From assembly GCA_964563305.1 (NCBI GenBank), contig CAZLXK010000001.1, positions 1 to 63,732 on the forward strand: a stretch of 63,732 bases of DNA, read 5' to 3'. This document shows positions 10,972 to 20,375 of this stretch, piece after piece. The notes beneath the pieces were generated by a model, which did no database searches, had not been told where the DNA came from, and saw nothing but the letters and a program-made list of their open reading frames with translations. Position numbers and translations under genes: made by a program. Source of the stretch: an uncultured Treponema sp. Lineage in GTDB: Bacteria; Spirochaetota; Spirochaetia; Treponematales; Treponemataceae. How positions within the stretch are numbered: the first letter of the stretch is position 1; the number at the start of each line of letters is the position of its first letter.

Positions 10972-11025
10972 GTTCAAAAAAATCAGCGAAAAAAATCCGC
11001 CGTTAAATCAATCAAAAAAATCAAA

Positions 11026-12138
11026 ATGAAAAAAATCGATAAAAAATATTTTAACTTTAACAAAAAAAACAAAAATCATTCTTCAACAATTTCAATGACA
11101 TTTTTAGTCGCCGGAATTGTTTTTATAAATTTTATTTTAATAAACGCAATTATTTATTTTGTGTTTAAATTTATTTTAAAACTTGATTTTGATTTTTCAT
11201 TTTTTAATGAAGCACAAAATTCTTCCGCAAGCAAAATTTTAATAATTTTAGTAATGATTTTAAGTTTGATAATTGCTTACGGCTTGATGTGGCTTTTGTC
11301 AAAAATTTTTATGATTCCAATAAAAAAACTTACAAACGCAATGGAAGAATTATCTTTTGGAAATTACAAAAAGCGACTTGAGTTTAAAATCAAATTTCCG
11401 CTTTTTCAAGAAATTTCTTCGAGTTTTAATAAAATGGCAAGCGAGTTTGAACACACAGAAATTTTAAATAATGATTTTATAAACAATTTTTCGCACGAGT
11501 TTAAAACGCCAATTTCTTCGATTTTAGGATTTGCAAAACTTTTAAAAAACAAAAAAGATGATTTGTCGCAAGAAGAAATTTCAGAATATCTTGATATTAT
11601 TGAAGAAGAATCTTTTAGACTTATAAAAATGTCCACGAGCATTTTAAATTTGATGAAAGTTGAAAATCAAAATTTTCTTACGAATGTTCAACGCTTTAAT
11701 CTTTCAGAACAAATTAGAAATTGTATTTTACTTTTGCAAGATAAATGGGATTCAAAAAATTTAAATATGGAAATTGATTTTGATGAATATTTTATTTTTG
11801 CAAACAAAGAAATGTTAAAAGAAGTTTGGATTAATTTGATTGATAACGCAATAAAATATACGCCAAATTCTCAAACTATAAAATTTGAAATAAAACATAA
11901 AGATAAAAAAACTTTTGTTGCAATTACGAATTTTGGAATTGAAATTTCGAGTGAACATCAAAAAAGAATTTTTAATAAATTTTACCAAGTTGATAAATCT
12001 CATTCGTCTCAAGGTTTTGGAATTGGACTTGCGATTGTAAAAAGAATTGTTGACTTACATTGTGGTGAAGTTTTTGTTTTAAGCGAAAACTTAAAAACTA
12101 CTTTTGTTGTAAGTTTGCCTGACGAACTCGGTCATTGA
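11026..12138 (+). CDS. HAMP-domain sensor histidine kinase
   Basis: Two TM segments, SHEFKTP H-box, NLIDNAIKY, GIGLAIV; start set at ATG 11026 because the longer ORF runs through a repeat. Confidence 0.9.
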   Translation: MKKIDKKYFNFNKKNKNHSSTISMTFLVAGIVFINFILINAIIYFVFKFILKLDFDFSFFNEAQNSSASKILIILVMILSLIIAYGLMWLLSKIFMIPIKKLTNAMEELSFGNYKKRLEFKIKFPLFQEISSSFNKMASEFEHTEILNNDFINNFSHEFKTPISSILGFAKLLKNKKDDLSQEEISEYLDIIEEESFRLIKMSTSILNLMKVENQNFLTNVQRFNLSEQIRNCILLLQDKWDSKNLNMEIDFDEYFIFANKEMLKEVWINLIDNAIKYTPNSQTIKFEIKHKDKKTFVAITNFGIEISSEHQKRIFNKFYQVDKSHSSQGFGIGLAIVKRIVDLHCGEVFVLSENLKTTFVVSLPDELGH

Positions 12139-12209
12139 AATCGTAACAGTGTTTCTAGCGGGCTTTCGAAATGACTTTAACACAGAAAACTTGCCACTTA
12201 TTTTTTTAA

Positions 12210-12393
12210 CAGAAGACTTAGCCCGCCGTGTAAGCCCTTTAGTTAGATGTTGATTGACGAAAGACAAACAACATCTAATGAGCGTTAGCGTATTCACAAC
12301 GAAGTTTCAAGTGAGGCTGGAAGGGCGGTTTTGTTTGGAAACTGACGCTTTTCATAGACGACATTTATATGAATAAAAAAAATTGCTCCAAAA
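12210..12393 (+). repeat. Dispersed modular repeat copy
   Basis: TAGCCCGCC at 12219, GGGCGG at 12323, GCTCC at 12385. Confidence 0.85.
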
Positions 12394-12665
12394 TTTAAAA
12401 ATCAAAAAATCCTCAAAAAAACAAATCGTTTAAAAAGTTTATTTTCAGTTTATATTTGAAATTTATAATTTTATCTTAAATGTTTTTAACTTTAAATTTT
12501 TTCTAGCGGATTTTGTGCAATTTTAAGTTAAAAACGAAAAGCAAAAATCAAAATCAAAAAGTAAAATTGCTTTCTAAAATCAAGATAAAAAGTTACAAGA
12601 AAATTTGTTGACTTTTTGTTTTGAAATTTGTGCGTTTAATAAAAAAAATTTATAGGAGAAATAAA

Positions 12666-13562
12666 ATGAAACCAGTAAAAATTCTTACAGATTCTTGTTC
12701 AGATTTAAATGGAAAATTGTTGGACAAATACAACATTGATTATTGCGAAATGAAAACTGTTTATGAAGGAGTTCAATCTCCTGCGGATTTGAGGTGGTCA
12801 GATGCGGACGTTCATAAACTTTACGATATTATGCGAAACGGAAATCGTGTTACAACAACTCAAGTTCCAGTTGAGAATTTCCAAAAAGTTTTTACAAAAT
12901 ATCTTGAGTTAGGTTATGACATTGTTTACATCGGTTGCGCCTTAAAACAATCTGGTTCTGTTAATACTGCCGGCGTGGTTGCAAAACAGTTGCTTGAAAA
13001 ATATCCTGAACAAAAAATTGCTTGTATTGATTCTTTGAACGCTTGTATTGGCGAAGGAATGTTGGCGATTGAAGCAGCAAAATTCTGTGCGAATAATGAC
13101 AAATCTTTTGAAGAAGTGAGAGATTTTGTTCTTTCTAATAGAAAAAAAGTTAATGAATTTGCGACAGTTCATTCTTTGGAATGGTTAAAAAAAGCGGGAA
13201 GAGTTAAGGCTTCGGCTGCATTCTTTGGAAATTTGATGGGCGTAAAACCGATTCTTATTGCTGATGCTGACGGAAATCAAGCGGCATTCAAAAAAGTAAA
13301 AGGTCGCCAAACTTCTCTTAAAGAAATTGTAAATCTTCTAAAAGATTCAATAATCGACGCTCAAAATCAAACTGTTTACATTGCTCACGCGGATTGTTCT
13401 AGCGAAGAAGTTGAAACTTTAAAAAATCTTGTAAAAAGCGAAATAAATCCTAAAGAAATTGAAGTTGTTTATATTGGACCAATTATTGGAGCTTCAGTTG
13501 GACCAGACACAATTGGCGTTTGGGGATTTGGCAAAGAAGTTACTTGGAAAGCTGGAGAATAA
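12666..13562 (+). CDS. DegV/FakB fatty-acid-binding protein
   Basis: ILTDSCSD, TTTQ, SGS, GPDTIG; AGGAG RBS. Confidence 0.9.
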   Translation: MKPVKILTDSCSDLNGKLLDKYNIDYCEMKTVYEGVQSPADLRWSDADVHKLYDIMRNGNRVTTTQVPVENFQKVFTKYLELGYDIVYIGCALKQSGSVNTAGVVAKQLLEKYPEQKIACIDSLNACIGEGMLAIEAAKFCANNDKSFEEVRDFVLSNRKKVNEFATVHSLEWLKKAGRVKASAAFFGNLMGVKPILIADADGNQAAFKKVKGRQTSLKEIVNLLKDSIIDAQNQTVYIAHADCSSEEVETLKNLVKSEINPKEIEVVYIGPIIGASVGPDTIGVWGFGKEVTWKAGE

Positions 13563-13565
13563 TAA

Positions 13566-15272
13566 ATGTCTATAAAAACAGTTGATGGCGTTTTGTATTC
13601 AAAAATGATTCGCATGGGTGCGGCAAATCTTGGAGTTCATGCTGAAGAAATTAACAACTTAAATGTTTTTCCAATTCCTGACGGCGATACAGGCGACAAT
13701 ATGCTTATGACAATGAATGGTGGAAAAAACGCCATAAAGCAAAGCGTTTCAAATCTTTCTGATGTTGCAAATGCAATTTCTGCGGGAATGTTGCTTAGCG
13801 CAAGAGGCAATTCTGGAGTTATTCTTTCGCAGTTTTTTGACGGAATTTCTGCTGGTCTTACTTTACTTGAAAAAGCAAATGTAAAACAACTTGGTCAGTC
13901 ATTTAAAGAAGGCGTAAAGCACGCTTACGAAGCTGTAATGACTCCGGTTGAAGGAACAATTCTTACAGTTGCAAAAGATGCTACAGAATACGCTTGTGCA
14001 AACGAAACCGACGACATCTTGGAGTTTATAGAAAATTTTATTTACGAAGCGCGACTTTCTTTAGACAGAACGCCAAATCTTCTGCCGGTTTTAAAAAAGG
14101 CTGGCGTTGTTGATTCAGGCGGTGCTGGTTTAATTTATATAATGGAAGGAATGAAGCAATGCTTAAAAGAAGATTTTTATGATGAAGCGATTGCAAAACT
14201 TGAATCAGAAAGTGGAAAGCAAAACGCGAACAAAACAATTTCTTCTCCGCACGGCGACATTGACCTTGACGCATTTGGTCCAGACAGCGAACTTGAGTAT
14301 GGTTATTGCACAGAAGTTCTCTTGCGCCTTCAAAATAAAAAAGTAAATGTAGAAGAATTTTCTGTGGACACAATCAAAAATTATATGAATGAAATTGGAA
14401 ATTCTGTAGTTTGCTTTAAAACTGGTTCCATAATAAAACTTCACGTTCACACAAAAGAACCTTACAAAGTTTTTCAGTTTTGCCAGAAATTTGGAGAATT
14501 TTTAACTACAAAAGTTGAAAATATGTCGCTTCAACATAATAATCGCGAAGAAGATTTAAGCGAAATTGCAGCAAAGTTTAAAATGTCTTCTTCAGCAAGT
14601 TCCAAAGAAAAAGATTATGGAGTTGTTGCAGTTGCTTCGGGTTCGGGAATTAAAAAAATGTTCTTAGAAGGCAACGCTGATGTAATTGTTGACGGCGGGC
14701 AAAGTATGAATCCAAGTGCAGAAGATTTTATAAACGCTTTTTCAAAAATTAACGCAAAAACAATTTTCGTCTTTCCAAACAACGCAAATGTAATTCTTGC
14801 AGCAAAACAAGCCGCAAAAATGTATGAAAAATCACAAATCAAAGTTATTGAAAGCAAATCGATTGGCGAAGGTTTTGCAGCACTTTCAATGATGGATTTA
14901 GACAGCGGAAATCTTGATGAAATTATGGAAAATTTCCAAATGGGAATGGACGGAGTTGCATCTTATTATATTTCGCATTGTGTTCGTGATTCTGAAATGG
15001 ACGGTTTAAAATTAAAAGCCGGCGATTACATTGGTTTTCAAGACAAAAAAATTCTTGTTTCTTCAGATGACAGAAAAAAAGCAAGTTTTCAAACAATCGA
15101 AGCAATGGATTTTACAGATCACGAAGTTTGCATTTTTATTCGCGGAATTGATTCAACAACTTACGAAGCTCAAGAAATCAAAAAATATCTTTTGCTAAAA
15201 CATCCGGGAGTTGAAATAAACGAAATCGACGGCGGCCAAGATATTTACAGTTATATTTTTGTGCTTTTGTAA
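13566..15272 (+). CDS. fakA: DAK2-domain fatty acid kinase subunit (FakA/YloV-like)
   Basis: NVFPIPDGDTGDNM, ARGNSGVI, GVVDSGG, YGYCTE, GGQSMNPS. Confidence 0.9.
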   Translation: MSIKTVDGVLYSKMIRMGAANLGVHAEEINNLNVFPIPDGDTGDNMLMTMNGGKNAIKQSVSNLSDVANAISAGMLLSARGNSGVILSQFFDGISAGLTLLEKANVKQLGQSFKEGVKHAYEAVMTPVEGTILTVAKDATEYACANETDDILEFIENFIYEARLSLDRTPNLLPVLKKAGVVDSGGAGLIYIMEGMKQCLKEDFYDEAIAKLESESGKQNANKTISSPHGDIDLDAFGPDSELEYGYCTEVLLRLQNKKVNVEEFSVDTIKNYMNEIGNSVVCFKTGSIIKLHVHTKEPYKVFQFCQKFGEFLTTKVENMSLQHNNREEDLSEIAAKFKMSSSASSKEKDYGVVAVASGSGIKKMFLEGNADVIVDGGQSMNPSAEDFINAFSKINAKTIFVFPNNANVILAAKQAAKMYEKSQIKVIESKSIGEGFAALSMMDLDSGNLDEIMENFQMGMDGVASYYISHCVRDSEMDGLKLKAGDYIGFQDKKILVSSDDRKKASFQTIEAMDFTDHEVCIFIRGIDSTTYEAQEIKKYLLLKHPGVEINEIDGGQDIYSYIFVLL

Positions 15273-15337
15273 TTTGTTTTATGCTTTATGATTGAAAAGG
15301 AGAAATAACAAGCACTTTATGTTTAATTTATAAAAAT

Positions 15338-15442
15338 TAAAAAATGCACGGAAGCGAGGTTTGTCTTATTCAAAACATCTGCACAAACGAAGTGCGGAAG
15401 CCGTTTTGAATAAGACGGTTCTCGCTGGGAGTGCATTTTTAT
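15338..15442. repeat. ~105-bp imperfect inverted repeat (MITE-like or long hairpin)
   Basis: aaaaatgcac..gcgag..gtcttattcaaaac pairs with gttttgaataagac..ctcgc..gtgcattttt. Confidence 0.75.
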
Positions 15443-15491
15443 TATTGGCTGTTCTTATGCTATAAAGTAAAAGTGCTTGTCAAAGTTCATT

Positions 15492-16190
15492 ATGAAAATT
15501 GCAATATTTTTTATTGCTGCAATAGTTTCGTATTTAATCGGCGGAATAAATCCAGCAATCGTTTTATCAAAATTAATTTACAAAAAAGACATTAGAAACG
15601 AAGGTTCAAAAAATCCAGGATTTACAAATTTCAAAAGAGTTTTTGGGATGAAGTGGGCGTGGCTCGTAATGCTTTTAGATTTAGCAAAAGCGTTTGTTTT
15701 AGAATCAATTTTTGGACTTTTGTTTGAAAAAATTTTAGGCGAAGGAAATTTTGCACTTGGAGTTGCGTTTACCGGAATGTTCATAATGTTTGGGCACGCG
15801 TTTCCAGTTTGGTATAAATTTTCTGGCGGGAAAGCGTATCTTGTGATTTTGTCAACACTTTGGATGTTAAACTGGGAAATTGGACTTTTCTGCACTTTAT
15901 TTATGATGATTTTTGTTGTGATTGTAAAATATATGTCGCTTGCAACGCTTCTTTCAATAATTTTAGGTGCAATTTTGTTGCCGATTTTTGGACTAAATAC
16001 AATTCCTTCAATAATTTACGGATTTTGTGTAATTTTTGTAGTTTTCCGTCACAAAGAAAATATAAAACGACTTTTCAAAGGCGAAGAATCAAAAACTTAC
16101 TTTTTTAAATCTAAAAAAGATTCAAACCAAACTCAAAGTCAAGTTCAAACACAAACAGTTCAAGAAAAAAATTCATCAGTAAAAAATTAA
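15492..16190 (+). CDS. plsY: Glycerol-3-phosphate acyltransferase
   Basis: DIRNEGSKNPGFTN, GHAFPV..FSGGK, RHKENIKRL. Confidence 0.92.
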   Translation: MKIAIFFIAAIVSYLIGGINPAIVLSKLIYKKDIRNEGSKNPGFTNFKRVFGMKWAWLVMLLDLAKAFVLESIFGLLFEKILGEGNFALGVAFTGMFIMFGHAFPVWYKFSGGKAYLVILSTLWMLNWEIGLFCTLFMMIFVVIVKYMSLATLLSIILGAILLPIFGLNTIPSIIYGFCVIFVVFRHKENIKRLFKGEESKTYFFKSKKDSNQTQSQVQTQTVQEKNSSVKN

Positions 16191-16444
16191 ATTTATTTTT
16201 TGAATTTTTATTTGAAGCAAATTTTATGATAAACAGAAGATGGCGACAAAGACGTCGCCGTAAAGCACTAGAGATGCTGATAATTTTTGCAAAGCAAAAA
16301 TTATTGAAACCGACACGATGTCGCTACAATCCGACTAGAATTTTTTTATCGCCTAAAGTTTTTTTTGAAAATTACAAAATCTTCAAATCGAAAAAAATCA
16401 GCGATGCTTGAATCACTCAAAATCGCAAAATATAATAATTCAAA

Positions 16445-17104
16445 ATGATTTTATATACAGTTGAAAAAAAAGGCGAACAAGAGCTTTATCTTCCATTAGA
16501 AAAAAGTGGCGACTTACACAAAAAAAATGTTTATGTAAATTTAACAAATCGCTGTCCGTGTTGTTGCGTTTTTTGCTTGCGGCAAACAAAAGCCTTGCTT
16601 GAATCAAATTCACTTTGGTTAAAAAAAGAGCCAAAAGTTGAAGATGTTTTACAAGAGTTTTCTCATTACGATTTAAGTCAAATTAACGAACTTGTTTTTT
16701 GCGGATTTGGTGAACCTTTTATGCGTTTTTACGATGACTGCAAAATTATTGATGAATTAAGAAAAAAATATTCTGCGTTAAAAATTCGTGCTAACACAAA
16801 TGGACTTGCCAATTTAATTTGGAAAAAAAATATTTGTCCTGAATTAAAAAATCGCTTTGACACAATTTCAATTTCTTTAAATGCTCCGACTTCACAAGAA
16901 TTTCTTGATATTACAAAGTCTTGCTTTGGCATAAAATCTTTTGATGAAATAAAAAAGTTTACACTCGAAGCAAAAAAATATGTTCCGCAAGTTGTAATGT
17001 CTGTTGTGGACACAGTTTTGTCAAATGAAAAAATTCAAGAATGTAAAAATCTTTGTGATGAACTCGGCGTTACTTTAAAAGTGAGACCGCTTTTTAAAAA
17101 TTAA
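16445..17104 (+). CDS. TatD-associated-type radical SAM protein
   Basis: NLTNRCPCCCVFC (CxxxCxxC), FCGFGEP, NTNG. Confidence 0.88.
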   Translation: MILYTVEKKGEQELYLPLEKSGDLHKKNVYVNLTNRCPCCCVFCLRQTKALLESNSLWLKKEPKVEDVLQEFSHYDLSQINELVFCGFGEPFMRFYDDCKIIDELRKKYSALKIRANTNGLANLIWKKNICPELKNRFDTISISLNAPTSQEFLDITKSCFGIKSFDEIKKFTLEAKKYVPQVVMSVVDTVLSNEKIQECKNLCDELGVTLKVRPLFKN

Positions 17105-17105
17105 T

Positions 17106-17229
17106 CTTTTTGATGATGATTTTTGCTTACGACCGAACGTTTTTTTTATTAAACTGCAACTTTGCACCTTCAACAGTCTTACGTTTTTGTGGCAAGTTTT
17201 GATAAAGGAAGCGACGCTTAGCACAAAAA
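17106..17229 (+). repeat. ~120-bp direct repeat (second copy 18222-18340), 5' module of the dispersed repeat
   Basis: tttttgatgatgatttttgcttacgaccgaacg...gacgcttagcacaaa at both positions; inverted relative near 49260-49345. Confidence 0.9.
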
Positions 17230-17258
17230 GCAAAAAAAGTCACACTTTACTTATAAAG

Positions 17259-17513
17259 TTATTCGCTAATAATTACTCTTAAATAATCTTTGAGTTTTAA
17301 TTCAGAACTTTCAATTTTGTTTCCTTTACTATCAAGCCCAAATGCTCCTATGATAAAATCATACTCACCAGTAGTTGTAAGATTTAATGCGACTGTCAAT
17401 TTGTAAAGAGTTTTATTTTGTTTATCTTGTACAGCATTTATATAATAAAATCCAATTGAAAGAGATTCATTTTTTGTACCAGTCGGTTGTAGATTGAGTT
17501 GAAAAGTTTTTAT
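17259..17513 (-). pseudogene. Start-less C-terminal cassette 2 (not in ORF track)
   Basis: Manual translation: FQLNLQPTGTKNESLSIGFYYIN...DSKGNKIESSELKLKDYLRVIISE*. Confidence 0.7.
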
Positions 17514-17752
17514 TCAACAACTGTAAAAGTAATAGCTTTACCATAATCCCAATCCCATTGTTCGATTTTGTTTCCATTCTTATCAAAATAAAACATTCCC
17601 CAATACATTAAATATTTACAAGGTTTGTCAAAACTAAATGAGATTTTTGCTTCTGGACAGTTTCTTCCATTTTTTTCTAAATTTATGCAATAAAAATTTT
17701 CATTTGTATAATCTTCATTCTTTGTTCCTATGGACACATTGCATAAAACCAT
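17510..17752 (-). pseudogene. C-terminal cassette 1, homologous to cassette 2
   Basis: GTKNE...FYCIN...DKNGNKIE followed by 16 aa to the stop, as in cassette 2. Confidence 0.65.
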
Positions 17753-18111
17753 GGTGTATATTCATCATTTTCTGGATTCTCTGGATTTTCACAACCGCCT
17801 TCTACAACTTCATAATCAAGCGGAATTGTTTGTAAATCACCTAAAATACTTTCGATTTGAGCCAGATTTTCAAAAACATTTGTGCGGATTTTAAAGTAAA
17901 CATAATTTTCTTTTACATCCGCTGTAACTTGTCGTGATGATGAAGCAAACGGATTTTCACGCTGAGAAGCAAGTTTTATTACTTCTGATGTTTCGTTGAT
18001 TTGTGATTCTTCATAAGCGGATGAGGTTTTTATAGAAAATTCATTTGTACAAGAAAAAAATGCAAGGTTTGCTAATAATAATGTAAAAAAGCTTCGCTTA
18101 AAATTTTTCAT
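17728..18111 (-). pseudogene. Truncated surface lipoprotein (N-terminal part)
   Basis: AGGAG RBS, MKNFKRS...LAFFSC lipobox; stops after YTPWFYAMCP, out of frame with cassette 1. Confidence 0.65.
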
Positions 18112-18221
18112 AAGAATTTCTCCTTTTAGTAAATTATATAACAAGAAGTTTAAAAATGTAAAAAACTTATATTCTGCTTTTTTCCCACTTATTTTTAAGA
18201 ATTTACTTTTTTTATCATTTT

Positions 18222-18626
18222 TTTTTGATGATGATTTTTGCTTACGACCGAACGTTTTTTTATTAAACTGCAACTTTATTTTTTTACAGTCTTACGTTTT
18301 TGTGGCAAGTTTTGATAAAGAAAGTGACGCTTAGCACAAATTTTAGAAGATCTAGCCCTTTCGATATCGTGTTGATTACGAGAATTTGCTTTACAAATTC
18401 TCAGAATTTTCTGCGTTTTACGGCGACCTCCTTGTCGCCATCTTATACTTGACTGCGAATTTTTTTTTGTTAGAAGTTTAGTTTTTCTCTTTAAAGATTT
18501 TGTGCGAAACCACCAATCATTTTTTGCAGAGAATGAAGCGAAAGCGGAACCACGACGAGCGGGTTTTGTTTGGGCGGGCACTTAGCACAAAACATAATTG
18601 GTGAATAAAAAGAATTTGCTCCAAAT
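18222..18626 (+). repeat. Full-length dispersed modular repeat copy
   Basis: 5' module, GATCTAGCCC anchor, hairpin modules, GCGGGTTTTGTTT and GCTCCAAA. Confidence 0.85.
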
Positions 18627-18640
18627 AAATCAAAATAAAA

Positions 18641-18715
18641 ATTAAACGCGGATTAAACCTAGATTAAATGATTAAATGATTAAATGATTAAATGCAGATT
18701 AAACCAAGATTAAAC
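18641..18715. repeat. Centromere-like ATTAAA array, distal copy
   Basis: 8 ATTAAA units spaced 11,11,8,8,8,11,11; 21-mer 18648-18668 identical to 59692-59712. Confidence 0.8.
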
Positions 18716-18771
18716 GCCACTTTTTTCAAAATAACACTGATTGGCAAGCTCGAAATCACAAATTCAAAACA

Positions 18772-18800
18772 TTGCATTAAAAATTTATATGTGCTAACAT
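18772..18800 (+). promoter_or_regulatory. Putative sigma70 promoter of the B12 operon
   Basis: TTGCAT-17 bp-TAACAT with extended TG, just upstream of the riboswitch. Confidence 0.55.
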
Positions 18801-18812
18801 TTTTCAAGTTAA

Positions 18813-19002
18813 GTAGTTGGTGCTGTTTTGTAAATTCTAAAAATTATAATTCGGTTAAAAGGGAAACAAGTGAAAATCTTGTGCGATCTCGTCACTGTGA
18901 AAACTGAGCAAGATCCAACAAAGTCACTGAACGTTCGTTTGTTTGCGTTTGGGAAGGCGGATTTTTTGCCAAGAAGTTAAAGTCAGGAAACCTGCCAACT
19001 AT
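18813..19002 (+). ncRNA. Cobalamin riboswitch
   Basis: aaaagggaa-acaagtgaaaatcttgt, gtcactgt, gggaaggc, agtcaggaaacctgcc B12 box; tagttgg/ccaacta closing stem. Confidence 0.92.
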
Positions 19003-19090
19003 AATAGTACAGAAGAAAAATCTTCAGATCACGAGTAATTGATCGTACTTTAATGTTGAAAGAAAAATTTTCTCAATTTTTTAAAGAATT

Positions 19091-19130
19091 ACTCTGTGTT
19101 TTCATTTTTGATGAAGATGCAGAGTTTTTT
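19091..19130 (+). terminator. Riboswitch attenuator terminator
   Basis: actctgtgttttcat / atgaagatgcagagt hairpin followed by T run, upstream of cbiK. Confidence 0.8.
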
Positions 19131-19190
19131 ATTTTTAGATTTTGATTCTTTTTCTTTTAAAAAAAAATTTTTATTTTATTGGAGAAGATT

Positions 19191-20375
19191 ATGAAAAAAA
19201 ATCTTTTTACTAAAGTTTTTGCCACAACTTTGGCAATTTCTATGTTTTTTAGTTTTAGTGCTTTTGCAAAAGATTCAAAAGAAGCTGATCAAAAAAAAGC
19301 AGACAAAGTTGCTTCTTTAATTGACGCAATTTATGTTCAAGAAAGAAATCCTCAAACAGACAAACAATGTAAAGCAGCTAAAAAAGCTTGGGACAAACTT
19401 ACGGAGGCTCAAAAAGAATTGGTTAATGGAGAAAATGCAGATCCAGATTATTTTGGAAGAGACACGGGAGACGCTTCAAAAGACAATCCTTTAAATCAAA
19501 ACGGAATTGGCGAAAATGAAATTCTTGTAATTAGTTTTGGAACTTCATTTAATGATAGTCGTGTGCAAGATATTGGCGGAATTGAAAAAGCACTTCAAGA
19601 CGCAAATCCTTCTTGGTCGGTTAGGCGAGCGTTTACTTCGCAAATTATTATAAATCACATTCAAGCTCGCGATAATGAAAAAATCGACAATGTTCAGCAA
19701 GCAATGGAAAGAGCAATTTCTAACGGCGTAAAAAATCTTATTGTTCAGCCAACTCATCTTATGCACGGAGCAGAATTTGATGAACTTTCAGAAACTGTAA
19801 ATTCTTATGCAAATAAATTTGAAAAAATCACAATCGCGGAACCTTTACTTGGCGAAGTTGGAAAAAATTCTTCTGAAATAAATTCTGATAAAGAAAAAGT
19901 TGCAAAAGCAATCACTTTGCAAGCAGTTAAAAACGCAAATTATAATTCTTTAGATGACGCAAAAAATGACGGCACTGCTTTTGTTTTTATGGGACACGGA
20001 ACTTCTCACGCAGCGAAAATCAGTTATTCACAAATGGCTTCTCAAATGGCGGAACTTGGATATTCAAATGTTTTTATTGGAACTGTTGAAGGCGAACCAG
20101 AAGAAACTGCTGTGGAAAATGTTCTTGAAAATGTAAAAAATGCTTCTTACAAAAAAGTTGTTCTTCGTCCGTTAATGGTTGTTGCAGGCGATCACGCAAA
20201 TAATGATATGGCTGGCGATGACGAAGATTCTTGGAAATCGATTTTTGAAAATTCAAATGCGTTTGAAAAAGTTGACTGTCAAATTGCGGGACTTGGAGAA
20301 ATTTCAGAAGTTCAAGAAATTTATATTGATCACACAGAAAACGCAATGGTAAGTTTGGGCTTAAAAAAAAACTAA
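19191..20375 (+). CDS. cbiK: Sirohydrochlorin cobaltochelatase, exported form with signal peptide
   Basis: SFGTS, FMGHGT, VAGDHANNDM; signal peptide ending SAFA. Confidence 0.9.
   Translation: MKKNLFTKVFATTLAISMFFSFSAFAKDSKEADQKKADKVASLIDAIYVQERNPQTDKQCKAAKKAWDKLTEAQKELVNGENADPDYFGRDTGDASKDNPLNQNGIGENEILVISFGTSFNDSRVQDIGGIEKALQDANPSWSVRRAFTSQIIINHIQARDNEKIDNVQQAMERAISNGVKNLIVQPTHLMHGAEFDELSETVNSYANKFEKITIAEPLLGEVGKNSSEINSDKEKVAKAITLQAVKNANYNSLDDAKNDGTAFVFMGHGTSHAAKISYSQMASQMAELGYSNVFIGTVEGEPEETAVENVLENVKNASYKKVVLRPLMVVAGDHANNDMAGDDEDSWKSIFENSNAFEKVDCQIAGLGEISEVQEIYIDHTENAMVSLGLKKN

Noticed and set aside
10924-11025. N-terminal extension of the histidine kinase
   Set aside because: It is the translation of a REP-like repeat; the same peptide appears in the spurious ORF 60794-61015.
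18276-18581. ORFs 18276-18581, 16226-16411, 12091-12297, 39766-39975, 49088-49321, 55658-55888, 60794-61015
   Set aside because: They lie within dispersed repeat copies and have no RBS or protein-like features.
18692-18907. 71-aa ORF upstream of cbiK
   Set aside because: It overlaps the promoter and the cobalamin riboswitch.
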